Below, piece by piece: positions 1-10,382 of a stretch of DNA of 64,000 nt (position 1 is its first letter; the number at the start of each line of letters is the position of its first letter). Where the stretch lies: the NCBI GenBank assembly GCA_963745835.1, contig CAVUZH010000018.1:448001-512000 (forward strand), written 5' to 3'. A program made the position numbers and the translations under genes. Under the pieces are notes generated by a model. It ran no database searches and had not been told where the DNA came from. It worked only from the letters and a program-made list of their open reading frames with translations. Origin of the DNA: an uncultured delta proteobacterium (GTDB lineage Bacteria > Desulfobacterota > Binatia > UBA9968).

Positions 1-2
1 AC

Positions 3-1385
3 CGCCTTGCCGAGCTCGGTTTTGATTGGCTGTGGTTTTTGAGTGTGTGGCAGACCGGGCCGGCGGCGCAGCGGATCTCGCGAGCCAGTCCCGAGTGGCG
101 CAAGGACTTTGGACAGACGCTGCCGGACTTGCGAGAAGAAGACATCGCCGGCTCCGGATTCGCCATCCAAGATTACATTGTGCATCGCGATCTGGGCGGG
201 CCGGCGGCGCTCGCACGCTTGCGAGAACGAATGCAAAAAAGTGAACTGAAGTTGATGCTCGATTTTGTTCCGAACCACATGGCCCCGGATCATCCATGGG
301 TCGACGAGCACCCGGACTATTTCGTCCACGGCAGCGAGACTGATTTGGCGCGCGCGCCCCAGAACTACTGCCGGGTGCAAACCAAAAACGGGCCGGTCGT
401 GCTCGCCTACGGTCGCGACCCGTACTTTGACGGCTGGCCCGATACGCTGCAGCTCAACTACGGCAACCCACAATTGCAGCAGGCGATGATCGGCGAGTTG
501 GAGAGCATCGCCGGTCAATGCGATGGCGTGCGTTGCGATATGGCCATGCTGATCTTGCCCGATGTGTTCGAAAGCACTTGGGGCATCCGCACTGATCTCT
601 TCTGGCCAAAAGCAACGGAGCGAGTGCGCAAAGCATCTCCGGGTTTTTGTTTTATGGCCGAGGTCTACTGGGACCGGGAATGGACAATGCAGCAACAGGG
701 ATTCGATTACACCTATGACAAACGGCTGTACGATCGGCTGCACGAGGGGCACGCCCGCCCAGTGCGCGAGCATTTCCACGCGGGCTTGGATTACCAGAAC
801 AAAATGGCGCGCTTCATGGAAAACCACGACGAGCCGCGTGCGGCCGCGACATTCTCACCCGAAGTTCATCAAGCTGCCGCTGTCATTACGCTCCTGTCGC
901 CGGGATTGCGCTTCTTTCATCAAGGGCAATTCGAAGGGCGAAGGAAACGTATCTCGCCCCATCTGGTCCGAGGGCCAGACGAGCCCATCGATCAGAACCT
1001 TAAGCATTTCTACGACAAGCTGCTTGCCGTGCTGCGCCGTCCAGTGATACGCGACGGCCAGTGGCAATTGCTCGAATGCAAATCCGCCTGGGATGGAAAC
1101 TGGACGTCGGATTGTTTCCTCGCAAGCTTCTGGCAAGGAGTGCAAGGAGTGAATGACGAACACTTGCTGGTTGTAGTGAATTACGCCGCCAATCAGAGTC
1201 AGTGCTATATCCGCATTCCCCTTCCCAATCTGCGGGCGCAGCGATGGCGGCTGGAAGATTTACTGGGTGACGCACGATACGATCGGGACGGCAATGAACT
1301 CGATTCGCGTGGACTCTATCTAGACGTGCGTCCGTGGCAAGCGCATGTTTTCTCCCTGACGCAAGTGAAAGAAGGATCGGCATAA
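3..1385 (+). CDS. Alpha-amylase family (GH13) glycosidase, 5'-truncated by the window edge
   Basis: Frame is open from base 3 (RLAELGFDWLWFLSVWQTG). GH13 regions LMLDFVPNH, DGVRCDMAM, FMAEVYW and FMENHDEPR are present. Confidence 0.9.
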   Translation, partial: RLAELGFDWLWFLSVWQTGPAAQRISRASPEWRKDFGQTLPDLREEDIAGSGFAIQDYIVHRDLGGPAALARLRERMQKSELKLMLDFVPNHMAPDHPWVDEHPDYFVHGSETDLARAPQNYCRVQTKNGPVVLAYGRDPYFDGWPDTLQLNYGNPQLQQAMIGELESIAGQCDGVRCDMAMLILPDVFESTWGIRTDLFWPKATERVRKASPGFCFMAEVYWDREWTMQQQGFDYTYDKRLYDRLHEGHARPVREHFHAGLDYQNKMARFMENHDEPRAAATFSPEVHQAAAVITLLSPGLRFFHQGQFEGRRKRISPHLVRGPDEPIDQNLKHFYDKLLAVLRRPVIRDGQWQLLECKSAWDGNWTSDCFLASFWQGVQGVNDEHLLVVVNYAANQSQCYIRIPLPNLRAQRWRLEDLLGDARYDRDGNELDSRGLYLDVRPWQAHVFSLTQVKEGSA

Positions 1386-1440
1386 GAGATGAGTGATAGG
1401 TGTGGAGCGTTGGTGAAGACCGACTTTGGTTTAGTGTCGG

Positions 1441-2304
1441 GTGAAGCCGTGGTGGAGCTACATCGTGAGCGAGCCGAGATATTCTACTCCGTTCGTTAAG
1501 TCGATTTTCCATCCCTCGGATTTTTCCGCGGCGAGCGAGCTGGCATTTGCCCATGCGCTTGCCATCGCTCTAATAAGAGAGACCGAATTAGTCATCATGC
1601 ATGCGCGCCGGGGGGAACGAGAAGATTGGTCCCGGTTCCCGGCGGTTCGAAAGACTCTCGCGCGGTGGCGGGTGATCGAGCCAGGAACCCTACCCACCGA
1701 CGTTTTTAAACAGCTCGGGGTACTTATCACAAAGGTGAGCACAGGGGGCGATCCGGTGCAATCGAGCATGCGCCAAATCGAGAAGCAAAAGCCGGACTTG
1801 GTGGTCCTCGCCACACGCGGACGTTACGGCTTGCCTCTTTGGCTTAAACCGTCGGTAGCTCAGGCGATTGCTCGGCGGACCGATGCGATGACCCTTTTTG
1901 TGCCCCGCGGATGCCGCGGTATCGTGTCGCCGGAGGGTGTCGTCGTTCGGTTGCGCCGCATTCTCTTGCCGGTCGACGACCAGCCGGAGCCCTACGAGGC
2001 TTTGATTCGGGCGACCCGCGCTGCCGAAGCCTTTGGCGATGAAGCGGTAGAAATCGTGCTCCTTCACGTGAACGGCAGCGGATTCCCGCAGTTCAGTCGA
2101 CCGGAGGGCAAAGCCTGGGTATGCAAGGAGCTGCGCCGCGAGGGCGACGTCGTGTCGGTGATACTAAAGGAAGCCGAGGATAGTGATCTTATCGTCATGG
2201 CCACGGAAGGCGAGCAGGGCATCATCGATGCTATGCGCGGCAGTGTGACCGAGCGCGTCGTCCGTGGCGCCCCATGCCCGGTGCTGGCCGTACCCATTAG
2301 GTGA
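1441..2304 (+). CDS. Tandem universal stress protein (2 x Usp domain); start may be GTG 1465
   Basis: IFHPSDFS...DLVVLATRGR and ILLPVD...DLIVMATEG...GSVTERVVRGAPCPVLAV motifs. Confidence 0.9.
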   Translation: MKPWWSYIVSEPRYSTPFVKSIFHPSDFSAASELAFAHALAIALIRETELVIMHARRGEREDWSRFPAVRKTLARWRVIEPGTLPTDVFKQLGVLITKVSTGGDPVQSSMRQIEKQKPDLVVLATRGRYGLPLWLKPSVAQAIARRTDAMTLFVPRGCRGIVSPEGVVVRLRRILLPVDDQPEPYEALIRATRAAEAFGDEAVEIVLLHVNGSGFPQFSRPEGKAWVCKELRREGDVVSVILKEAEDSDLIVMATEGEQGIIDAMRGSVTERVVRGAPCPVLAVPIR

Positions 2305-2482
2305 GGGCCGATATTTATCGGGGCGCATGGGGCACCCGTGTCGACTGGGCTCGAACCAGCGCTGATGCTAACACTCTCAAGCTCGAGCTGAGCAGGTATC
2401 TTCATTTTTTCGACATTGGCTATTCAATCCTCCCAACGATCGATGCCATTCCGATTGTAGCCTTTGAACCTGCGAGGCTTGA

Positions 2483-2502
2483 TGTTGTCCTAAAGTCCAA
2501 TA
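2483..2502 (+). promoter_or_regulatory. Palindromic operator copy 1 (degenerate) TGTTGTCCTAAAGTCCAATA
   Basis: 16/20 match to TATTGGACCAAAGTCCAATA; about 45 bp upstream of the patatin ATG. Confidence 0.6.
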
Positions 2503-2546
2503 GACGGTTTTTCGGCGCGCGGTAATCTAACTCCTCGGAGAAGCCT

Positions 2547-3950
2547 ATGCGAGCGAAAACATCTTTGATCCTTTGCACGGGTGTCGTGCTTGGCGCTGCG
2601 CTGGTCACACGGCGTTTCCTCTCATTGCTCGGAGTAATCAGCGGACGGTCACTGTGGGGCTATGGCGCCTCAGTACAACGCCCCCGAATTGTGGCGGAAA
2701 ATCTTCGGCGCAGCACGCCCGAGGAGCAGTCCGAAGCAGCCCGCGAGTTGCTCGGCCGCCTGGTTAAACGCATTAAGGCCAAGTACGACCAGTATGCGGC
2801 CGACGGCCGGAAAGAACCACCGGCGGTCGACATCCTGATCATCTCAGGTGGGGGCGACTGGGGAGCCTTCGGCGCGGGATTTCTCAAAGGTTGGCACAAG
2901 GTGCCAGTGTCTCATCCGCTGGCCAAGCCGGAATTCGACGCCGTAACTGGCGTAAGCACAGGGACGCTGATCGCTCCGTTCGCATTTTTGGGTGACGAGC
3001 AGTCGATCGAGCAGATCCTAAACATGTATCGCAACCCGAAGAAGGACTGGGTGAAGCAGCGCGGATACCTTTATTTTTTGCCGGACAACATTTCGTTCGC
3101 CGAGATACCTGGACTGGAGCGCGAGATACGCCACCACATCACCGTGGACATGCTTGGCCGGGTCGCGAAAGCGGGCGCCGACGGTCGTCTTTTGTTAGTC
3201 AACACGACCGAGCTTGACGTAGGACAGCCGCGGGTGTTCGACCTGGTGGCGGAAGCGCAGCGGGCTGCCGATTCCGCAGAGCTTGATCGCGTTCACAACA
3301 TTATGCTCGCCTCGGCGGGAATTCCTGGCGCGTTTCCGTTCCGCATGATCGACGGAGAGCTCTACGTCGACGGTGGGGTGACGGGAAACATCATCTACGG
3401 CGGGCGAATAGCGGAAGAGGACAGCCTGCCGGCCCTATGGCAGAAAGCTTATCCGAATCACCCCGGTCCTAAGTTTCGCTTCTGGGTGATTTTCAACAAT
3501 CAGTTCCGGCCGGTGCCTACACTGGTGGCGCTTAACTGGCCGGCAGTCATTCAACGTAGCCTGGAGACATCCACGCGGGCAGCTACAGCGACTGCGGTGC
3601 GGCATCTCTTCGCAATGGCCGAGATCTCACGGCTCAAGCGGAAGGCCGATGTGGAGGTGCGTATCGTGTCAATTCCCGGCGATTGGATTCCGCCCGCGCA
3701 GACACCGTTCGATAAAGAGACCATGAACAATCTCGCGGATCTCGGCGAAAAGATGGGCGCGGACCCGGCAAGCTGGAGCAGCGAGCCGCGCGAACTTCCA
3801 GTGCGCAGCACGTTAGCCAAGCTGGAACGAAACCATCCTGACGAAGCCGTCGCGATTGTTCGATCTGGTGACTTTGGTGGCGAACCGGGGAGCTGGGCGC
3901 CGGAACGCCGTGATCGCAAAAAACTGAACAAAGAAAGGGCCGGTCAATGA
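2547..3950 (+). CDS. Patatin-like phospholipase
   Basis: SGGGDWGAFGAG oxyanion motif, GVSTG nucleophile elbow, YVDGG catalytic Asp; hydrophobic N-terminus. Confidence 0.9.
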   Translation: MRAKTSLILCTGVVLGAALVTRRFLSLLGVISGRSLWGYGASVQRPRIVAENLRRSTPEEQSEAARELLGRLVKRIKAKYDQYAADGRKEPPAVDILIISGGGDWGAFGAGFLKGWHKVPVSHPLAKPEFDAVTGVSTGTLIAPFAFLGDEQSIEQILNMYRNPKKDWVKQRGYLYFLPDNISFAEIPGLEREIRHHITVDMLGRVAKAGADGRLLLVNTTELDVGQPRVFDLVAEAQRAADSAELDRVHNIMLASAGIPGAFPFRMIDGELYVDGGVTGNIIYGGRIAEEDSLPALWQKAYPNHPGPKFRFWVIFNNQFRPVPTLVALNWPAVIQRSLETSTRAATATAVRHLFAMAEISRLKRKADVEVRIVSIPGDWIPPAQTPFDKETMNNLADLGEKMGADPASWSSEPRELPVRSTLAKLERNHPDEAVAIVRSGDFGGEPGSWAPERRDRKKLNKERAGQ

Positions 3951-4537
3951 AAAATTTCTATAAATCCGTGGGGAGCACGTTCCTTGGCGGCTTGCTCATC
4001 GTAGTGCCGCTTTACCTATCTGTTTTGCTGGCGCTCAAGGCGATGCAATCGGTAGTGGGTTTGGTGCGTCCGTTCGCCAGGTTGCTCCCGGAATGGCTTC
4101 CCGCTGAAAATCTCCTTTCTTTACTTTTGGTGTTGATTGTCTGTTTCCTCATCGGCGTCGCGATACGCACGCCTCCAGGGCGCGCGATGCGGGAGCGAAT
4201 CGAGAAATCTCTTTTCGAAAGGATGCCAGGCTATGCACTCATTCGGAGTCTGACTCAAAGACTGGCGGGAAAGGATGAGGAGAATGTGTGGAAGCCGGCC
4301 CTGGCCGAGATTGAGGATGCTCTCGTCCCCGCGTTCATCATTGAAGAGTTGGAAGACGGGCGTTTCACCATTTTCGTGCCCTCGGTGCCCACGCCGTTCG
4401 CTGGAGCCGTCTATATTCTTAGCCGGGAACGGGTGCATCCCCTGAATGTCCCCTTTACACAGGCGCTCAAGTCGGTCTCTCAGTGGGGATCAGGTTCAAA
4501 GGACCTTGTCGCGGCAATAACACCGAGAACACTTTGA
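3947..4537 (+). CDS. DUF502-family membrane protein
   Basis: TFLGGLLIVVP, ERMPGY and TIFVPSVPTPFAG motifs; ATGA overlap with the patatin stop. Confidence 0.8.
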   Translation: MKNFYKSVGSTFLGGLLIVVPLYLSVLLALKAMQSVVGLVRPFARLLPEWLPAENLLSLLLVLIVCFLIGVAIRTPPGRAMRERIEKSLFERMPGYALIRSLTQRLAGKDEENVWKPALAEIEDALVPAFIIEELEDGRFTIFVPSVPTPFAGAVYILSRERVHPLNVPFTQALKSVSQWGSGSKDLVAAITPRTL

Positions 4538-4658
4538 AATGGGAACATTCTGAGACGAAATCGCACGGCAAGTGAAGTATAAGGATTCATGGTCTGCAAC
4601 GAAACGCTTAAAATTGAAAAGCTCCATGCTCCGAGACTACTAGCACTCCGACTTTTCG

Positions 4659-4678
4659 TATTGCCCCAAAGTCCAATA
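4659..4678 (+). promoter_or_regulatory. Palindromic operator copy 2 TATTGCCCCAAAGTCCAATA
   Basis: 18/20 match to consensus; intergenic, upstream of the 4822 ORF. Confidence 0.75.
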
Positions 4679-4821
4679 GAAGGTTCTTCGTCGAGCGCGC
4701 TATTCATACTTCCGGAAAAGAGCATCATCGCTGATCGCGCGGCTGCGAGCTTTCAATTCCAGTGACAACTCTTTGATGATGATGTTCGCAAGGCTGAACA
4801 TGCGACCAAGAGCCAAAGCCA

Positions 4822-6033
4822 GTGACGTCCCCGGCTTCGATGTTCCAGGACAATCTATTTCCAGAACGGCAGGATTTCTCGCTGGTGCTGGGCGGGCCGT
4901 TATTTCAGCTTCTGCGCCGTAGTCATCTGGCGGGAGACGCGCTGGAATTGCTCCGACAACGGATCCTGCTGATCACGCTGCTCGCTTGGTTGCCGCTACT
5001 CGTGCTTTCGCTTATCGAAGGAGAGGCGTTGGGCGGCCGCGCCGCCGTGCCCTTCCTGTTGGACATCGAAGTACATGTCCGGTTTCTTATTGCGCTGCCG
5101 CTGCTGATCATTGCCGAGCTGATCGTGCACCAACGCATGCGTTTTGTGGTCCGGCAATTTCTCGAGCGCAATTTAATTCCTCAAAGTGCGCTGCCACGCT
5201 TCGAGAAGGCCATTGCTTCGGCCTTTCGCCTGCGCAATTCGCTGCTCGCCGAGGTGCTGCTGATCGCGTTCGTATATGCGGTCGGTATCCTGCTTATCTG
5301 GCGTCATTACGTGGCGCTTTCCACTGACACATGGTACGCGGTGCCGACCGCCGAGGGGTTGAAGCTCTCGATGACGGGCGCTTGGTATGGCTACGTGAGC
5401 CTGCCGATCTACCAATTTTTGCTGGTGCGATGGTACTACCGGATGTTTATTTGGAGTCGCTTTCTCTGGCACGTGTCACGCATTGAGTTGAGCATCGTGC
5501 CCACGCATCCGGACCGCGTCGGTGGCTTGGGATTTCTGGCCAACACGGTTTACGCCTTCATGCCGCTGGCGGTGGCGCACGGTGCGATGCTCGCGGGACC
5601 GATCGCCAATCGTATTTTCTATCTCGGGGCCACGCTGCCTGAGTGGAAGGTCGAGATCGGCGTCCTGGTCGTCTTTCTGGTGTGCCTGGTCCTTGGTCCG
5701 CTATTGGTGTTCGCACCTCAGCTTGCTCAGGCGAAGCGGACCGGCAATCGCGAATATGGCACGCTTGCCGAGCGTTATGTGCGCGAGTTCGATGCCAAGT
5801 GGTTGCGCGGTGGAGCGCCCGCAGACGAGCCTTTGGTCGGCAGCGCCGACATCCAGTCGTTGGCGGATCTGGCCAATAGTTTCGAAGTGGTGCGTACAAT
5901 GCAGATCGCCCCGATAACAAGAGACAGCTTGCTTCGGCTGGTGGCTGCGACTCTTGCGCCGATTGTACCGCTGGCGCTCACCATGATGCCTTTTGAGGAA
6001 CTGCTGCGGAAGTTGCTCGGCGTTTTGTTCTAG
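4822..6033 (+). CDS. Conserved polytopic membrane protein of unknown function
   Basis: About 8 hydrophobic segments; FSLVLGGPLFQ, PTHPDRVGGLGFL and DIQSLADL look like conserved blocks. Confidence 0.75.
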   Translation: MTSPASMFQDNLFPERQDFSLVLGGPLFQLLRRSHLAGDALELLRQRILLITLLAWLPLLVLSLIEGEALGGRAAVPFLLDIEVHVRFLIALPLLIIAELIVHQRMRFVVRQFLERNLIPQSALPRFEKAIASAFRLRNSLLAEVLLIAFVYAVGILLIWRHYVALSTDTWYAVPTAEGLKLSMTGAWYGYVSLPIYQFLLVRWYYRMFIWSRFLWHVSRIELSIVPTHPDRVGGLGFLANTVYAFMPLAVAHGAMLAGPIANRIFYLGATLPEWKVEIGVLVVFLVCLVLGPLLVFAPQLAQAKRTGNREYGTLAERYVREFDAKWLRGGAPADEPLVGSADIQSLADLANSFEVVRTMQIAPITRDSLLRLVAATLAPIVPLALTMMPFEELLRKLLGVLF

Positions 6034-6071
6034 TACGAACCTGGACTCATGGATGGTGGAATCACACCAAC

Positions 6072-6172
6072 TGGAATGTTGGAACGATGGAGTCATGGAA
6101 CGTTGAAGACTGCCTTGATCATGCGCTGGCGCGGCGAACGATGTTCCACTATTCCAGTCTTCCAGCATCCCA
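6072..6172. repeat. Palindromic intergenic element built of 8-nt TGGARNNN units
   Basis: Left arm TGGAATGT-TGGAACGA-TGGAGTCA-TGGAACGT; right arm TTCCA-CTATTCCA-GTCTTCCA-GCATCCCA. Confidence 0.7.
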
Positions 6173-6201
6173 CATTGGTGGCGCACCAGAGCAGGATACC
6201 G

Positions 6202-7267
6202 GTGCAAACGCGTGCCGCAGCTCAGCGGTCCCTTTGGTTATTTTCGCATCGTGTAGACTTTTGGCTGGCCTCGGCTGGGGCCTCAGCCGCCATAGCTGCG
6301 GCAGTTCTTGTTGTTCTCTGGCATGGTGACCGTGAAATCGACGCCCTCGATTTTGTGCTATCGGAGTTACATCTGGGCGCAACCTATCAGGCCGTCATAA
6401 GGCGGCGGCTCTGGCAGCGCCTTCCCGTCGATGTGTTGGTTGTGCCTTTAGTGATCCTGGCCGTCACCTATGCTCTGTTGACGAGCGGCCAAGCAGTCTT
6501 GCTGACTACGATCGCCATGTATGCTGCCGTCTGGCACCGCGGGCGGCAGAGCCTAGGAGTGGCGCGCTTTTACCAGCGCGCCGTGGGCGGGCCGGCTTCG
6601 CCGGTGCATGATCGCTTGTTCCAGGGCGCCGTCTATCTGCCGATGATGGCAGCGCTGCTCTGCTACGCTCATTTGGCCCCGCTGGAATACGAAGGACAGC
6701 CGTACTTCGCCTTGAACCTCGGGCCGGAAGTTGCTGCTGTCGCCGTGATTGCCGCAGCGGGTTGGTTGATCGCGTACTTTGCCTGGGCGCTCTGGCGAAA
6801 CCGCGCTGAGCGTCCGATGACCGCGCCACAAAATAGCGGAATCCGAGTTCATCCCGGCGAGCGCTGGGTGGTTCTCGCGCATGCCGTGGCGTTCGGCAGC
6901 GGTTATGTGCTCGGCGCATCGAATGCATCATTTCTGTTGGTTCTCGCCGTTCACCATGAAGTGCAGTACCTTTACTTCGCCTATGCTATGAGTCGCCGCT
7001 CCGCCATAGTTAGTGGAGCATGCAAAAACGCGACTGACCGCGCAACGAGACATTCTTATGCCACTGCTTTATCTGAGAGAAGATGATGTGCGATTTGAGC
7101 TCAAGCATGCCGCGAGTTTTCTTGTGTGGCCGGTGATCGGCTTTGGCGGAGCGGTTGTCGGCGGTTGGTTAGCTCTCGAATGGCTGGCGCCGCTGGGCGT
7201 GGGCGGACTCTTCTGTCACTACTGGCTAGATGGCCGCATTTGGACGCGACGGGCGATGTATACATGA
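6202..7267 (+). CDS. Polytopic membrane protein with His motifs, split by one +1 frameshift near 7010-7080
   Basis: Likely GTG start at 6202 after the repeat. LHLGAT, WHRGRQ and HHEVQYL lie in ORF 6049-7086; the HYWLDGRIW C-terminus lies in ORF 7013-7267. Confidence 0.6.
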
Positions 7268-7274
7268 GAACGGT

Positions 7275-7430
7275 CAGGTTTATAGGTTTCAGGTTTCAGT
7301 GTTCAGGTTGGCTAATCGGGCGAAGTGGAATGCTGGAATATTGGAATGATGGATTTTCTAAACGACCAGAATTCCAGCTTTCCAGTATTCCAATTTCTTC
7401 TGACGTCTGACACCTGAAACCTGACACCTG
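7275..7430. repeat. Nested palindromic element: outer 7-nt CAGGTTT/CTGACAC units, inner 8-nt TGGAAT units
   Basis: CAGGTTTCAG...CTGACACCTGAAACCTGACACCTG encloses TGGAATGCTGGAATATTGGAATGATGG...TTCCAGCTTTCCAGTATTCCA. Confidence 0.75.
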
Positions 7431-7462
7431 CACTAGACCTTTGACTGGCTGAGGATAAAGAG

Positions 7463-8545
7463 ATGCCGTGGAAAGTGGCTTTGATAATAGCTCTGGTGTT
7501 AATCGGTGTGAGCGGCTGCGCCAGTATCGGGCCGGGTACGGTCGCGCGGGATCGCTTTGATTATATTACGGCGATCTCGGATTCGTGGAAATCTCAGATG
7601 CTGCTCAATCTGGTCAAGATTCGATATGGCGACGCGCCGGTTTTTCTTGATGTCGCTTCGGTTATCAACCAGTACGCAATTGAAGGATCCATCGGCTACA
7701 CAGGCAGCTGGGCTCAGAACAACCAGCTGCCGTGGCCCTGGAACAGTTTGCATAGCTGGGCAACTCTGGGCAGATACACGGATCGACCTACGATTACCTA
7801 CTCGCCGCTTAGCGGTGAGAGGTTCGCGCGCAATCTCATGACCCCCATTCCGCCAGCCGCTATTCTCAATTTGCTGCAGGCCGGGTATCCAGCGGATTTG
7901 GTGTTCCGGCTCTGCGTGCATAGCATCAACGGCATATCAAGCCGTTACGGCGGTTCCGCGCGATTGCGCGAAGCCGACCCCGAATTCTATCCGTTGGTGG
8001 AGAGATTGCGAAACATTCAGCTCAGCGGAGATCTCGGTTTGCGCGTCCGAAAAACCGGCGAGCAGACGGCGACCTTGATTGTATTTAGCAAGAAAGCTAC
8101 CCCCAGTGTCGAGGCAGAACGCGGCGAAGTGCGAGAACTCTTGGGCCTTGATCCTAAATCCGAAGAATTCAGCGTCGTTTACGGTTCGGTGTCGAGCAGC
8201 GATAAGGAAATCGCCATACTCACCCGCTCGATTCTCGAAATTCTCATCGATCTGTCTTCTTACATCGAGGTTCCGGCGGAGAGCATGACGGAGCGGCGCA
8301 CTTATCCGACACCGCCGCCGGAAGTCGTCAGGGGGAACCTAGTACCGCCGCTCATAAGAATCGCCAGTTCTCCACAAACCCCAGGCGATGCCTTTGCTGC
8401 CGTGCCTTATCGCCGAGAATGGTACTGGATCGACGACAAGGATTTTGCTTCGAAGCGGCTTTTTTCTTTTATTATGTTTCTTTTCACGCTCACCGAAACA
8501 GAAGGCAAGCAAGGTGCTCCGGTGATCACTATCCCTGCCGGATAA
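7463..8545 (+). CDS. Conserved hypothetical lipoprotein
   Basis: Signal peptide with lipobox VSGC; QMLLNLVKIRYGDAPVFLDV and DRPTITYSPL blocks; RBS GAGGA. Confidence 0.75.
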   Translation: MPWKVALIIALVLIGVSGCASIGPGTVARDRFDYITAISDSWKSQMLLNLVKIRYGDAPVFLDVASVINQYAIEGSIGYTGSWAQNNQLPWPWNSLHSWATLGRYTDRPTITYSPLSGERFARNLMTPIPPAAILNLLQAGYPADLVFRLCVHSINGISSRYGGSARLREADPEFYPLVERLRNIQLSGDLGLRVRKTGEQTATLIVFSKKATPSVEAERGEVRELLGLDPKSEEFSVVYGSVSSSDKEIAILTRSILEILIDLSSYIEVPAESMTERRTYPTPPPEVVRGNLVPPLIRIASSPQTPGDAFAAVPYRREWYWIDDKDFASKRLFSFIMFLFTLTETEGKQGAPVITIPAG

Positions 8546-8558
8546 AATCGCGGATCAT

Positions 8559-9665
8559 ATGAGAACCCATGAACAATTAGCGAGAGTGGGCGAAAGACAG
8601 CACGACCTCACGCGCGTCGTGCTTGCAGTTCTCTTCATTGTGGCCCTGATCGGATCTTCTCTCTGGATCTTGCGGCCGTTCCTCGCAGCCATCGTGTGGG
8701 CGGCGACCATCGTCATCGCCACTTGGCCGCTGATGATTGCTTTACAGAAGTGGCTGTGGGGCAAACGGGGACTCGCGGTCGCCGTGATGACAGTCTTGCT
8801 TCTATGTCTTCTGGTGATACCGCTGACATTCGCAATCGGCACAATCGTCGCCAACGTCGATGAGATGCTTGTGTGGGCAAGGTCACTCGCCACCTTCAAG
8901 GCGCCCCCGCCACCCGCGTGGTTAGCGGATCTGCCGTTCGTAGGCGAAAAAGCCGTGGAGTTGTGGAATCGTGCGGCCGGTGAGGGAATACAGGAATTCG
9001 CCGTAAGAGCTGCCCCCTACGCTGCTGGATTGATAGGCTGGTTTGTGGGTCAGATCGGCAATGTCGGTATTTTGTTCGTGCAATTTCTATTGACTGTCGT
9101 TCTCGCTGCGACCTTGTACGCTACCGGCGAGCTCGCGACCCAGCGCCTCGTGCGCTTCGGTCAGCGTCTTGCGGGTGCAGGCGGCGAAAACGCGGTTTGG
9201 CTCGCCGGACAGACGATTCGCGGTGTTGCCCTTGGCGTGGTGGTAACGGCACTCGCCCAAACAGCTTTAGGCGGAGCCGGCCTGGTACTCGCGGGTGTGC
9301 CCTTCGCGGCAATATTGACCGTAGTGATGTTCCTTTTGTGCATCGCGCAGATCGGCGTCGTGCTCGTGCTCGCGGGCGCGGTCGCGTGGCTCTACTGGAC
9401 CGGACAGTCGGGGGCGGGAACGTTCATGCTCGTCTGGACTATTGTCGTCGGCGGCATGGACAATTTTTTACGTCCCATCCTCATCAGACGGGGCGCGGAC
9501 TTGCCGTTGCTCCTTGTCTTCGCCGGCGTGATCGGCGGTCTTCTGGCCTTCGGCCTCATCGGTATCTTCATCGGTCCCGTGGTATTGGCGGTGGCCGATA
9601 AACTGCTCACGGCGTGGATCGATTCGCCGGCGTACGACGCGTCCAGCGAAGTGCCCGGAGAATAG
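8559..9665 (+). CDS. ydiK: AI-2E family transporter (YdiK-like)
   Basis: WILRPFLAAIVWA..IVIATWP, DNFLRPILIRRGADLP and GLIGIFIGPV motifs. Confidence 0.85.
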   Translation: MRTHEQLARVGERQHDLTRVVLAVLFIVALIGSSLWILRPFLAAIVWAATIVIATWPLMIALQKWLWGKRGLAVAVMTVLLLCLLVIPLTFAIGTIVANVDEMLVWARSLATFKAPPPPAWLADLPFVGEKAVELWNRAAGEGIQEFAVRAAPYAAGLIGWFVGQIGNVGILFVQFLLTVVLAATLYATGELATQRLVRFGQRLAGAGGENAVWLAGQTIRGVALGVVVTALAQTALGGAGLVLAGVPFAAILTVVMFLLCIAQIGVVLVLAGAVAWLYWTGQSGAGTFMLVWTIVVGGMDNFLRPILIRRGADLPLLLVFAGVIGGLLAFGLIGIFIGPVVLAVADKLLTAWIDSPAYDASSEVPGE

Positions 9666-9737
9666 TCGATAATCGACCGCTTCGGTGCGCCAAATCGCGC
9701 TTCTTTAGAACATTTCAAAATGTGAGTCGTGTCTGCG

Positions 9738-9757
9738 TATTGGACCAAAGTCCAATA
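9738..9757 (+). promoter_or_regulatory. Palindromic operator copy 3 (perfect) TATTGGACCAAAGTCCAATA
   Basis: Perfect 8-4-8 inverted repeat; TTGACA at 9790-9795; ATG at 9858. Confidence 0.85.
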
Positions 9758-9857
9758 TACGGGTCAAGCCGTCTCAGGATCAATTGGTCTTGACAAATTG
9801 AAAGTCTCGTTGACAGCTGAAGCCTTTGGGGAGGCGCATCTATCGAGACGCAACTTC

Positions 9858-10352
9858 ATGACACGACAAATGCCGGTTGCAATTGCAGTACTCATGCTCG
9901 GCTTTGCACCGCTTGGGTTGGCACAGACCAAAACTGCCAGCGCGGACAAGCCGGCGAGCAATTTGGAAATCATCCATGAGAAACTCAAGGCGGATAAGAA
10001 GCTGATAGTTGCGCAGTACATGGAATTGACCGAATCGGAGGCGAAAAAATTCTGGCCGGTTTACGACGAGTACCAGAAAGATCTGCGGATAAGTAACGAT
10101 CGACTTCTTCGCTTACTCGAGAGCTACGCCGCGGATTATAGAAATAACTCGCTGACGGATGAAAAAGCAAAGAAGTTACTCGACGAGTGGATAGGGATCG
10201 AGCAGGACGAGGGCAAGCGCCGCGGTGCTTTTTCGCCGAAAGTGCTGCAAGCATTGCCGGCAAAGAAAGCGGCGCGATACCTGCAGATTGAAAATGAGTA
10301 CCGCATTTTATTGCGTTACGATTTGGCAGCCACGGTGCCATTGGTGGACTAG
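9858..10352 (+). CDS. Exported helical hypothetical protein (paralogue A)
   Basis: Signal peptide (..GLA|Q); ADKKLIVAQYMELTESEAKKFWPVYDEYQ; clear paralogue of 11155-11646. Confidence 0.75.
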   Translation: MTRQMPVAIAVLMLGFAPLGLAQTKTASADKPASNLEIIHEKLKADKKLIVAQYMELTESEAKKFWPVYDEYQKDLRISNDRLLRLLESYAADYRNNSLTDEKAKKLLDEWIGIEQDEGKRRGAFSPKVLQALPAKKAARYLQIENEYRILLRYDLAATVPLVD

Positions 10353-10382
10353 GCCATTTATCTGTTGCTCCTAGGAGATGAA

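Noticed and set aside
1417-1436. Possible seventh operator (reverse orientation, GACTTTGGT core) upstream of the USP gene
   Set aside because: Only about 11/20 matches and the outer arms are absent; could be chance.
9729-9857. N-terminal ORF extensions containing YWTKVQY/YWTKGQY (also in ORF 19246-19692)
   Set aside because: The recurring peptide is just the translated operator palindrome; true starts lie downstream at 9858 and 19693.
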